Both the position numbers and the translations under genes were made by a program. Shown in pieces: positions 9,299 to 22,100 of a stretch of DNA of 64,000 bases. Position 1 is the first letter of the stretch. Every line of letters starts with the position of its first letter. Source of the stretch: Candidatus Neptunichlamydia sp. (GTDB lineage Bacteria; Chlamydiota; Chlamydiia; Chlamydiales; Simkaniaceae); the NCBI GenBank assembly GCA_965233865.1, contig OZ247587.1, positions 320,001 through 384,000 of the forward strand. The letters run 5' to 3'. Below the pieces are notes generated by a model. That model was not told where the DNA came from. It ran no database searches and saw only the letters and a list, made by a program, of their open reading frames with translations.

Positions 9299-9990
9299 AC
9301 AGCTCCCCTAGAAATAAGGACGAGAGGAATGGTTTTAAGCACTACTTTTATATCATAAAAAAAGGACTGTTTTTTGTAGTATAGACTGTCGAGTTCAACT
9401 CGATCTGCATAGGAGAGATGGCTCCTTCCTGAAATCTGCCAAAGCCCTGTGATTCCCGGTTTAACGGCGAGGATTAGGTGAGCATACTTTCTGAGAGGGC
9501 TCTTTTCCTTTTCCTCAAGCTCCTTGATGTAATGAGGACGGGGGCCCACAACGCTCAGATCTCCACTCAGAACGTTAAAGAATTGAGGGAACTCATCGAG
9601 AGAAGTTCGTCTTAAAAATTTTCCTAAGGCTGTACAGCGAGGATCTTTTTGGAATTTTTGAAAAACTTCCCATTCTTCTTTCATTTGAGGGCTACTTCTG
9701 AGCATCTCCTCAAGACGATCCTCGGCGTCGATGTACATTGTCCGGAATTTAAAAATTTCAATATACTTTCCTTTTTTCCCTAGGCGCTTTCCAACATAGA
9801 ATATAGGTCCCTTGGAATTGAGCTTAACTAATAGGGCTAAAAAGAGATAAACAGGGGAGAAGACAAGAATGAACATCAGACTAAAGAAAACGTCAAATAC
9901 TCTTTTGAAAAAGGGGTATAGAGGATGAGTTTGTTTGTCGAAGGCTGTATCCATGAAAGTCATGCTCCCATTTTTTTTAATATATTTCAA
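9295..9990 (-). CDS. Sugar transferase (priming phosphoglycosyltransferase, Bac_transf family)
   Basis: Motifs KRVFD, FKFRTM, DPR, LDEFPQFFNVLSGDLSVVGPRP and KPGITGLWQ. The true start may be ATG 9963 or 9954. Confidence 0.92.
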   Translation of the reverse strand: MKYIKKNGSMTFMDTAFDKQTHPLYPFFKRVFDVFFSLMFILVFSPVYLFLALLVKLNSKGPIFYVGKRLGKKGKYIEIFKFRTMYIDAEDRLEEMLRSSPQMKEEWEVFQKFQKDPRCTALGKFLRRTSLDEFPQFFNVLSGDLSVVGPRPHYIKELEEKEKSPLRKYAHLILAVKPGITGLWQISGRSHLSYADRVELDSLYYKKQSFFYDIKVVLKTIPLVLISRGAV

Positions 9991-10136
9991 TTCTTAAGTC
10001 GCATATTCTCCTCGATTTGAAACGGTACTGAAATAAAAAGACTCAGATTTAGTTATTAAATTAAATTTATTAATATTATATAATTAATTAACATTGTTTA
10101 TTATAATGACTTTAAAATTAATAGGATCGTTAATGT

Positions 10137-13100
10137 ATGGCGCTTGGAGTTAATCCAAATCTAAACCAAAATAATGGAATGTTGCATAAATTTCTACCGA
10201 TGGCCAGGTTGAATGCAATGCAAGCGACTCTCGTTTCGATGGTTCAAAAGGCTGGGGGACTCATCAACTATGAGTTGAATCGAGCCAAACATGTTTTTTC
10301 ATTTAACCCAAATACTCGCCGCTTATACGATCTTTTTCAAAAGTATTTTCCTGAAGGACTCTTTCCTGAAACTGAAGCGATTGCTCGCCTAAAAACCCGT
10401 TTAACAGAGTTGTCATTTGCTTCTGAAGAAGCTAGACATGAATTTATGGGAAATAAAGAGGCTCTTCTTGAAATGTCTTTGCTTTATGAAAAAAGAGATC
10501 ATATTCCTGTTTCTCCTGAAGTCTTCCGAGCCATTTTACATAAACGACAGAGAGACCAAGAAGCTTCTTTCAACGACGTACTTGATTATTCTATTGCTGT
10601 TTCTAGAAGGGAAGAAAATTCTCGGATCGATGAGATTATTGCTCAAACTGAGCAAGGTGCGGCTCTTTTAGATAAAGAGGCTGCAATTCTCGAGGAAGGC
10701 GGCCAACAAGAAAAAGCTGCAGCAAAAAAAACAAAATCTGAGGAAATAAGAAGGGGAGCTGTTGAGCGAAGAAAGCATGAAACTGAACGTCGAACGGGCC
10801 AGGTTGAAAGCGAAGATCATTCTGCTACTCGAGGAGAAACTGATCTGAGGGAAGATGCGGCTCAATCGTTAAAAGAGGCGCAGGGCGTCCGTGAATCGAT
10901 TACCGAAAAAGCAACTGAAGCTCTTAAATCTGAAACTCTATCTCAGTTTGTTGAAGACACTGCAAAGCATCTTTATAGTTTGCTAGAAAAGACTCCCAAG
11001 GGTAAGCATCTTGTGTACATGGGAAAGGCAGGAACATCGTCTGTTGGGGTGAGTGGGGTTGTCAATATTCCTGGACTGGAAGATCATATTCCTCCTGAGA
11101 TAAAGACTCTTCTTTCAGAAAAAGACCCTAAGGTGATTGGTCAAATGGCCAAAGCGAATGTCATCAAAAAGATGGGCCCAATGATTATGGAATTCTTGGG
11201 AAAGGAGACGGTTGTGAGGCTCACTGAAGAGCACCGGCTTGCTCACCCAGGAGAGCCTGTCACACTAGATCCTGTTGCTCTTTTTGAAAAATGGATTGGA
11301 AAATCTTTTGAAAGATTAGAAGGGGTTTTAAATGAGCAAATGCCCGAGCAGCTGACAGCAGAGATTGTTCACAGTTTGAGAGAAGATGCGAGGGAAGTTT
11401 TCTGTGGAGTTCGCACAGAAACAACTGGTGAAAAAAGAAGAATAGAAGAGCTGTTTGACGAAATTGCTGGTCAAGGGTTTGAGGCGTTTCTTGGAAGAGC
11501 TGTTGGGGAATCTTTAGTTAGTACCCGTGCGCTTTTTACAGAGAAGTTGGATGGTGTTGTTCAAGGTATGACTCAGTTTCTCCCCTCTTCTGCACATGCG
11601 GCGCTAACATCTTTAGGGCTAATCCCAAATATTGAAAAGCCATTTTGGATTGATATTGTTAAAAATTTTGATGAAACCTTCACGGTTAAACTTTTTGCAA
11701 ATGGACTTTCTGCTGAGGCTTTTAAAGAAGTACAGATCGCTCAAAAAACGGGGCTTCAAGTTCCTCTTGTTTTTGAAAATGTTGATGCAAAAAAACTTGC
11801 TCAAGATTTTTTTCACCTCCTTGTTGATTATGAATATCGCCCGAAGTACAAGAAAGGACTGCATTCATTCTCAGTAGAGCATGTTGTTTCTGGACTCACT
11901 CACTACTTGGGAATGCCAAAAATTGCGAGCGATATCAGTGAGATTATGCCTCACCGCGTTGTTGAGGATCAAGGGCCTCTATCTCTGATGTACCTTTATC
12001 TCTTCAATCATCAAAGTAGAGATATTTCATTATTCCATGCAGAGCATTCCTTTGATTTATCCTGGCATGCTCTTATTGATTATTGGAAAGTATTCGGCAC
12101 GCCTGATGGTTTAAAGGAAGATCGGGAACTAAGAAGTGGAATACGTGTTGCGATCGACCATATTTCTAAGGAAGCGATTCTCCTTTATGATGATAAGGCT
12201 ATTTCAAATCACAAACTTCAACAAGTCTATGCGACGCTTTGGGAGATTGAAGGTGCAATGCACAAAGCTGAGAAGCATCAGGTTAAGACGCGCAATGGTG
12301 GGATTATCATTCCTCTGGGGATGCAGAACTATCTGAAGGCTCTCTTGCTAGATTCTGGGGCAGACCCTTCTTATCTAGAAGCTCTCAAAGAAGCTTTTCT
12401 GGTGGCTGCCGGCGACGACTGTGAGGAGATTTTTGATGCAGTTCTCAACGAGCTTCTTCCTGAACTTGTCACATCTAGTGCAGTTAAAGAAGCCGAAGTT
12501 CTAGACTGGCAAGACATCTTCAAGATTGAGGCTGTTAAGAAGAAGATCGAATATATCAAAATGAACCGTTTCTCAATTCTTCAACTTGTGAAGTTTTATG
12601 CAAAAATGATGGTCATTCTTTTTTCTATCTACCAGGTAACGCTGTCTGCAAAAACGATTGCTACAACGATTGAAAAGTATTATCCTAATCTCAAAAAAAA
12701 GTTCCCCTTTAGCCCATTCTATTTAGGGGTGGCTATGACCTTGTTTGGGCCTCAAGTGTTTGCTAAAACGCTTCCTAAAGACGTTTACGAGTCTGTCGCT
12801 GCTATTTATCACCTATCAACACAAGTCAGTTGTTACATCTTTAAGCGCCTCTTAATGCATGGATTTAAACAGGTCCTTAAGAAGGTTATTAAGGAAGAAG
12901 ACAAAAACAGTATTCGCACATTGGCTAAGCAAATGCAGCAGGAAGTCTTGCGAAAGGGAGAACTGGGTTATGAAGTTACTTCATCTCAAGGAAATCATGA
13001 TAAGGTTGAGGTGAATTTTATCCAGGGACCTGCACAGGAGAGTCTTTCTGCCTACGAAACTACTGCTTTATTTAAAAATGAAGTCCCTAAGCCTATATCG

Positions 13101-16100
13101 GTTACAATTACATCAGAAAATTATGAAAAAACTCTAGATGATTGGGTTAATCATGCACAAACGCTGCACAATGACTTTAAAGAAGATCATTACGATTTAA
13201 TTTATCTAAATGAGCAGATCCGCAATCTTCCTATTCCCGGTGCATGTGATTATGAAGACAATGTATGGAGCTGTATTCCTAAAGAGGCAATGGATCTATT
13301 TGAGAAAGCGGATACTTTAGCTAAAGAGACACAGCAGACATTAGATGAAGCTGAGCAATTAAGAGATAAAGCCAAAGATTTGGTTCAAGAGGCAATTCCT
13401 GTTGCGCTTGAAAAGCTTCATTCCCTTTTAGTTTCTCTTTATAAAGCTTCTCAAAACACGCAAAAAAATCCTCAGCATCGCACTGAAACGGTGATCAGCT
13501 TCTACTCTCTATATGCGATCATAAATAGTTTTGTTACGAGGTCTAATAATGCGGGTTTTAACAGCCTCTCTCGCCAGGCAAATGGTGAAGACCTCTTCCA
13601 TTTTACGCAGAAAGCAGGGCTAAAAGTCACTCACAAAAAATCTTTACAGCAGCTTCGAGCTGTTTGTAGTTATTTCGACTTTGAACTAGGAGAACGGCTA
13701 ACTCCAGAAGAAATCCAAAATAAGTTTTCTTCAGTACACTTTAATTATGCTGGGACTGGATCATACATAGGTGGAAAAGCCTTTAACAGCAAGGGAGTCA
13801 AAGTAACAGTCACTCCTTATCAGCAATTGTTCAGTACAGACAGTCCCTATTTCAGTGACCTCCTCAAAAGACCTGAAATAAAAGCGAGGTTAGAGGCTCA
13901 TGGTATCGATCGCAGATCAACTAATATGGATAAACAGTTGATGTTATTTCGCGATCCTCCAATGCTCGATGCTCCGACTGAGGCTAGAAACGCGTGGGAA
14001 GATAACACGAGCGATCTCGATCTAAGAAAAGGAATTCTTCCCCGAGAATACTACATTCTAAGAGTTGCCCATTTTATGTCTTCATCAAAGGCAATCTTTG
14101 GCACTGAACTCAAAGAAGATTTCCTTAAGGATCCAATCAAAAGAGGGCTTAGCATTTCTAAAGTTGAAGTCCAAGAAGACATCCCAACGGGTATCTTTGG
14201 AAACATCAAGGCACTTACTTCAAAAATGTACCATGCTGCAACCCAAGAAGCATTTCAGGCTCAATTGCTTAAAGGAAACCTTGCAATACTGGAAAAGCAG
14301 GATGAAAGGTTAGAAGCGATTAGAGATCGTACCATTGGCCGCGCAGTCCATGGAAAGGGGACGGAGTATGCAGTAGGTGCATCTCAGCGGGAGCAGGATA
14401 GGTATAAAGAAAAAACGTTTGGTGTAAGGCGCGTTGATCAAACATTTGTGATTGGAACCATTCAAACAGTAGATGAGCTGAGTCTTTTGAGCGTTGCAGA
14501 AAAGCAGATTCTCGAGATGGTTCAATCCTACGATAAAGATCGCCTTATCAGAGCACTTGAAATCTTTAGCTATCGAGAGGACCGTTTGCGCCATCCCGAG
14601 TTCCGCGTTCTCTTTGACTTGTTATGCCAGAACTTAGTTGCCCTAGAAGCTCAAGCGAAAGATCGCGTAGAAATTGGAAAATATGTAGGTCAATTCTTTG
14701 CGAATAAAATGAACTCTCTCAAGAGGATTGGTGATTTAGAAACAGCTCTCTTCATGACGAAAATGGGGATTGAGCTTGAAGGGTTCTTTATCTCTCATGA
14801 TCAAACAATTAAAAATCACTTTCCAGATTTTGCTTCGGAAATTCGAAAACACATTATTCCTGCGTACCAGGCGCTTCCTAAAGAGAAACGCGTGATTAAT
14901 GTCGGTGAGTCTGGAAAGATGAGTGGGATTCATTTAGCGCTCACGACTCTTGCAGTTTCCTATATGAATGTTGATTTAAAAGTCTTAGATACGAAAACTT
15001 ATAATCAGGCACTTGAAGACATTGGTAGGTTTGCATTTTACCAAGGAAGGCAGCATCCAGAGTTTCAGGCGCAGTGGCTTTTTGGAGAAGCTAAAGGAGT
15101 TGTTTTCAAATGGGCAAATTGCTTGAGGGAATATTGCAACTCTGTTGGAACAAAGCTTCGAGATGATCTATTAGGCCAACTCTTTGCTGATGCTGGAATT
15201 GATTTATGCAAAGAGCTTGGTGCTTGGCAAGGGGAGTTCCCTACCTTTAAAAATGTTAAACAGGAGCTAATAGTCAATCTTGCTCAAAAAACAATTCATG
15301 GGCATGCATCCGTATTTTTGAAGGAAAAAGGGGAAGAAGAACTCCGAAGGGTTTTTGGAAAAGAAGATCTTGGCAAGTGTCAATTTAGAGAAAATAACAC
15401 CTTTAAATACCCAACACTTGAGATAGAGATTCATTGGGATCTTGATCAACGCCGCTTCATAATTTCGAAGGACATTGAAGAGGAAATTGCGACATATTTT
15501 TCTCAGAAAGAGATTACGATTAACTGGGGTTTTTCTCCATTTGTTTTTGAAGCCAAGGATCTTATTTTTGCTAACAACTCAAGGATTTTTGTCTATAGAG
15601 ATCGAGAATTGATTGCGCGTTTCACGCTTTCTAAATGCAAAGAATTGATTACGAATTTTCCACTTGAAGGCGCAACAGTCACTAAGCGGGAACATGTTAT
15701 CAATGGAAAGTGGCATCAGGCTGTTGACCTGAGTCAACAAAAGCACGAGTTGACACTGCTTAATTGGTTTGTGAAGCTTGATGATATTGAAGCCTATAGT
15801 CAGCCTCAGCCGGCCGTCGAAGGGAGACCTGCGAGAGATCGCTTAACATATGTGAAGCTGAAGCCACTAAATCTTGAGTTTAAAATTGTTGAAAAAGAAG
15901 ATGGAACGCTTCAAGCCGTTTCGATGAGCGAAGGAACTAGAGGCTATGTTCTCTGTAAACGCCAGGAAGACGCCCGTCTTTACGCTTATCCCCACGCCAT
16001 TATTCTTCACAATGAAGCGGGAGCCGAAAAGGTAATCCTTAAGAGCCTTCCTTTTGCAACGATATTCTTAAAGTTTATCGTGAATAACATTGCAAAAACA

Positions 16101-19100
16101 AAGACTTCTCCGATGATTGATGAGCTTATCAATAGCCAAGCAGTTGAAGGCTACGATAAACATGGTCTTGGTCTGATTGAGAGAGAAATGGAAGATCTCG
16201 ATGATATCGGTGCTCAGATGATTCGAACGGTTTATACGGGTGGATATAGAAGAGTAACCTTGGACAAGGCTCAATATTTCACAACGAACTTTGATGAAAA
16301 TGGGGAACTCTCTTCAAAAGACCCCAATATGATGGCCTACTTGGCATGTTACCACTTTTGTAGTGGAGATATTGAAACAGCTAAGCACTATTTCGATCGA
16401 CTAGAAGTTTTTGGAAATCAGTATCCCTTTACAGAAGACGCATTGAACTATATCGATCGATTGATCCTTTTACTGGGATATTCTCGTAAGTCTCTAGCAA
16501 CAGAGCTAGCTCTTCGCCTTGCTGCAATTCGAGAAAAGAACTATCTGGTACAAATGCCAACAGATTCTGAAAAGGCTTTAGGAGAGGGTGAGGAAGCAGT
16601 CACAGAAAGCGGCAAGAAGCTGGACCGCCTCCAGATTTTCAGAGTATTGGTTTTGCAGGAAAAGTACATCGAGTACCTTGAAAATTTGAAGTTTGGTGGA
16701 AGGCAATATTTAACTCCTGAGGATGAGCTGTTTATTTTCAAGACGCTTACACGGGCAGCAAAGGAAATTTTTGATGCAAAATCTTGGAATTTAGATGAAG
16801 ATTGGCAAAGTGTTTTAGAACATTTTAAGGGGGATTATACCTCTGAAGTTCTTATGCCCCCAACACTTGTCCGTAGATTTCATTACCTCCACTCTAAATA
16901 TAATGAGCCCGGAATTTGGAAATCTTATCAGAATCGCCTCCTTTTTGAAGAGTTTTGGTATGATAGAATAAACCCTTACACAAGATTTTTGGGAAACCCA
17001 AAGCGCAGCGGTTTCTTTGGTCAAATCAATTCTATCGTGAAAGACATTGTTCAAAGTCCTCTTTTAAAGCCGCAGACTGTCGATTATGCCATGGAACTGT
17101 CAACGCCTACTTATACACTTGAAAACCTTCCTCTGTCTCCAATTAAAATGGAGCCTAAGCTTTTGCTTTCAGAGTTTGTTCATTACTATGCTTTAGCATC
17201 AAATGGGATACCTCCTGAATGGAAAGTCAATGTTGAGAAGGTAAATATTTTTGCATCGAAAAAAGCCGAATTTATGAAGAACTTTCCTCTTTTAATGGGA
17301 AATTTTTCGCCAAAATATGCTCTTTTCTATGATCTTCTTGACCGGGTAATTAAGGGAGCGTCTTTATGGGAGCCTTCAAATTTTTTTGGTGAATTTCCTA
17401 CAGCTGATCAGATACGTGTAGAGCTCTTAGCTGTTCAAGCGGGAGAGGCTGCAGTACAGTCTGCTACGCAAGAGGAAGGACAGATGATTAATAAAGCTAC
17501 TGTGCGTGATAATGCAGCAAGGAATGCTCTTAAAAAGAGACTTGAGGAGATTCAATCAAAAAAAGTCTCGTCTGACATTTATTCAAGCGAAATTGAGTAT
17601 ATTAAAAAATATTTAGAGAATTCGAAAGATACGCATTCATTGCTTGAATGGGCTGAAGGTAGAGTTTCTAAATTGTGTGAATTAGGAGAGGAACATACAG
17701 TTACTTACCCCTTCTCGCAGGCTGCTAAAGGCGTTATGGCGTTTGGTAAGGGTGCTCAAAAGCTGAGATCTAGCTTTAAAGTTGGAGACCCAAGTGACTT
17801 TAATAACATGATGCAGAACTTTGTGAACAAGTCGAGAGTTAGGTTAGGGCTGGACACCTTAGAGAAAGCTACAATTCTTGAAAATGCTTGTGGTGTGGCA
17901 AAGAAAGTAGGCTGTTTGTCAATGGGTTTAACAGCATTTACTCTTGAAAGTGCTTTAACTCCTGGATTTGTCAGGATGAAAGAGCGTTTAACTTGCGGCA
18001 TTTCTAGGGTTTGGAAGCAAGAGCGCGACGTAATGATGGAAAACGAAGCGCCAAGGCAAGAGCCTGAAAAGATAAGTGTTGAGTTGGCGCAGGTTCTTGG
18101 TCAGAGGGAACTCTTGATCACGACTGCTATGAGGGAACTTCTAGAAGAGTATTGCACTGTCGTAACTACCGAAAATCCAGCAAGGAAAGAGGTTAAGTAC
18201 TTTAATTCCGAAGGGCTAGATGACGAAGCTATTAGACAAGGTTTTGAAGAATTTAACGGTGCCCTTGTTGAGTATTATAGCCGGGAGCCAGGAATGGTTC
18301 ATGCCTTCACTCTTAGAGAAGGGGGATCAGTAGAAGAATTTATTCATGCGATTCGCAGGCTTAAACAAGAGGTTACAGTTGTCTTAGAGAAAGAGCAGCA
18401 AGCAATTGTGGATTTTGTTAGTCAGGAGAAGCTTACAAGTGATGACGGGGTCGAGCGTACACTAAGCCGTCTTGAAAAGACAAAGGTTCGAAATAAACCT
18501 CTTACATTTAATGATATTCTTAAGTGGTTCTTAACTGAAGACAACACGATTCTTCTCAACCGTTCTGAAACGAGCAAAGAACACATCCCTATTATTAAAG
18601 AGAAGGTCTATCTCTATCTAATGACTCTTTCTCGCTTTAACATTCTCTTTGAGAAAGTCAATAGCGCAACTCCACAAGAAGGAATTGCTCCGCTTGCATC
18701 AGAGCTTCTAAGAGAGAGAACATACCAAGTAAGAGCAGATGAGCCTGAACGGCTTTTGAAAGCGAAGGTTGCTTATGAAGCACATACTGGAAAAATGCTA
18801 TGGGAAGTTCAAGCAAGCCATTTAGATAGAATCATTCTTCAGGGTAGCAGTCACTTGATGAATGTGATGATTATGGGTGATGGAAAAAGTAGCGCTGTCA
18901 TCCCTGGTTCTGATTATGCGGCAGCAGATGGTAGAGATGCCCTTGTTGTTAACGTCTGGCCTAAGTCGGTCAAAGGACAAAGTCTTGATATGATGGAGCA
19001 AAATGCTCTTGGAGTTTATGGACAAGGGGTCAATGCATTTGTGGTTGATAGAAGAAGAAATTGGGATAGCGAGCGTTTATGGGCCCTTGCAAAGGTCTTT

Positions 19101-22100
19101 GCTGGAGCACTCAAAAAAAGAGAGCAGATAAATGTGACGCAAGAAGATCTACAGTCCCTCCTTCTTCGGTTTCTAGATGAAGGGCTCGATCTTGATGAGA
19201 AATTTAGAGTCGAAAAACTTGAATATGACAAGCGGATTGATCTCTATAAGGAAATTCTTCTTGCTCTTCGAACTCAAGGAATTGGAAATATTGATGAAAT
19301 TCATGAAGCGGCTCGCGAAGATAAAGAGCTTAACTTTCCCCTTGGAAAGAGAAAGACTCTTAAGTTGGAATATGCAGAGTGTTTGGAAGAGGTGCTACTT
19401 CAACTCGTGAGTACTCCTGAAGTGGCTCAGTATATCATGATTAAAGACAAAGACCCTAAAAGGCTTGAAGCAAGTGTATTTGAAGAGCATGTGGCACCAG
19501 TCATTGCGGCTAAACTTGTAGCTCTTAGAAAGTTTAAGATCGCTGAGGGAGATAGAGAAGTAATTGCAGCTTATTTATGTGGTCAATCTGCAACGATCCC
19601 GGAAAGCGCCACCCGTCATCCCCAATTTAAGCAGATCGCGCTGATGCGGGGCGCTTTGATGATTATAATACCAAAGACGCTTGAAAGGATTATTCATAAG
19701 CATTTTCATCTAGCTTCATCGGATGTAGGTGTTGAGTATGTGAAGCCAAGTGAAGGAAATGTGAATACGGTGGATGATTCTGACTTCCTTTCTCCGTTTG
19801 AGACATTTTGTAAAACGGCGTGCCTTTACCTGAAAGACCGCCTATCGGATGCTCAAGTGCTTAAGATGATTGGCTACTTGAAAACAAAGGCTGAAAACGA
19901 GGCAAAAAAGAAAGGAAGCGCATTCGAGCTAACGGATACAGCAAAAATCTTCAAAGAGAATTTATGTCCGGGGGTTAACCTTAGCGATCTTGGAGAAGAA
20001 GTGAGTGCTGAGATTATTAAGCAGCTCAGAAAAAGTGATGCTTTAACACTAGCTTATGTCCGAAACTACATTCGTACTGAGATCAAGTATTACCCCACAA
20101 TCTTAGAGAGCAATGGGCAAGATTTGATCAATATATTTGCAAAAATCCGTACACACACGGGAACCCCTGAACCTGAGCTTCTTCCAGATGGAACAAAAAT
20201 TATTGCGCGCGAAGGAATTTTGGGGCAGAGCTTGCACACTTTTGAAACGCGCAACAAAGAAGTGAGAGTCTTCACCGAAAGCGATCCTGTGGCAGTTCTT
20301 GAAACCGATGTGATTCAAGGCTTTTTCAACCAGAGCAAGAGTAACATGAATTTTATTGACCGTGGAGCAGCGGTTAATGGTTTAACAACAGAGAGTGTTG
20401 CTACAGAAATTTGGAAAGGAATCCAAGACGCTCGCACCGAGATCAAAGGTGTTGTGTTCTATCTAAATGCGACGGCGGTGATCCTTACAGAAGCGGGGGT
20501 CAGACCACTGAGTGAGAGTAGAATTCAGCCTCATGAGTATGTAACTTATTTTGATGAGCCCCACACTTATGCTGCAGATGTTAAGGGAAAGAAAATTGAT
20601 GAAGTGGTGAGTTTGTTAACAGTTGGAGAAACCACAACTTTTGAAAAGGAAATGAACCAGGCTGAATATCGTGATCGTGGAATCGAAGCTGAGGGGCATT
20701 CTCAGGTCATTGCTATGACAAAACATGTCAGAAATAAGGTAATTGATGAGGAGAGAACTCCAAGCATCCGGGAAGTTACAGTTTTCCTAAGGACGAATGG
20801 GAGAACTGCTAAGAAGAAACGCAGATTTTTTATCGATAGTCAAAAACTTGAAGGACTTGTTAAACAAGCGGTTATTCAAAAAGCGCTTGAAGCTAAGGAT
20901 TCGAATGCAACATGTAGGATTTTGAGAGCCTTCGAAGAGATTTTAGTTTCTAAGGCATCCGATAATCCAGTTGAACTCTTTGGTCTACTTAGGGTGACTG
21001 AAGACCGCAAGGTTGTTCTAAAGGCTATTCGAGATAGGCTCTTGAAAAAGCTCTCTGGTAAGGGTGTGTTTAACGAAGAAGAGATACTCCAATTAAAAGC
21101 AAAGCTTGCAGCGGTTATCGAGGGAGATCGATTTAAGCTTGCGGTAGAAATGTATGAAACAGTGAAAACAAGCATTCGTGCAAAATTTATTAATGGAAAT
21201 GATACACATAATAAATCAATTACGAATCATTGTTCTTCCTTTCTCGATATAGATATTGGGACAACAGTGTCTCCATTCTTTGATTCCGAAGAAGCGTTAA
21301 AAGAGAACTCTCTTATGATTATTCAAGAAACAGTATTGCAAGTCATACACAATAAGTTTTTTACAGAATTTCAATATAAAGAAATGGTAGATATTTTAAC
21401 CTCAATTGCAGGGAGGAAAACTCTACCGGTTGCCGAAGAAAGAGTCCATGCATTTCAGTCAGCAGAAGGACTTTCTGTTGAGGTTCTTGAATCAATGGGA
21501 AGAACCGTTCAGGTTCAAGCTGTTGCTGAAGCTGAGAATGAAGAGCAGGAGCAAGAGATTGATAACGTCAATAACTTAGCACAAGCAGGTCTTGAAGATC
21601 CTTACCGGGTAGCTCCAGATACCGACATCAGTTGGTCCGAATATCTTACCCCTACGAATTTAGATCAGTGGTTTAAAATGATAGAACCAAAGGGCTATAG
21701 ATTTCCCTTTGGAGAGAGCTGGAGAGGGCACAGCCCCCCACTATTTGAGTTAAAAAAAGGCCTCAAGTTATCTTCAGATGATGCAGTAAGAAACTTTGCG
21801 GATACACTCCCTTCTTCAATTTGCTGTTCTTGGAATATGTTTAAGGTATTCACCTCTTCATTTAGAAGTAGAATTGTTGAACCTTTTGGCCCACGTCAGA
21901 AGCCAATCTTTGAGTTCCTTGTTGTTCAAAAAAAAATTAAGAAGACGATTATTCTTCTAGATCAGAAAGAAGTAGATTTCTGGCGCAGAAAACTTAAAGA
22001 AGACCGGGGTCGAAAAGGTGATGTTACAGATACCGTAAGCTATAATTGGAATGAAGAGATAGATAAAAGAGGAGAAATCAAGCTTGCTCTTGTTGATAAT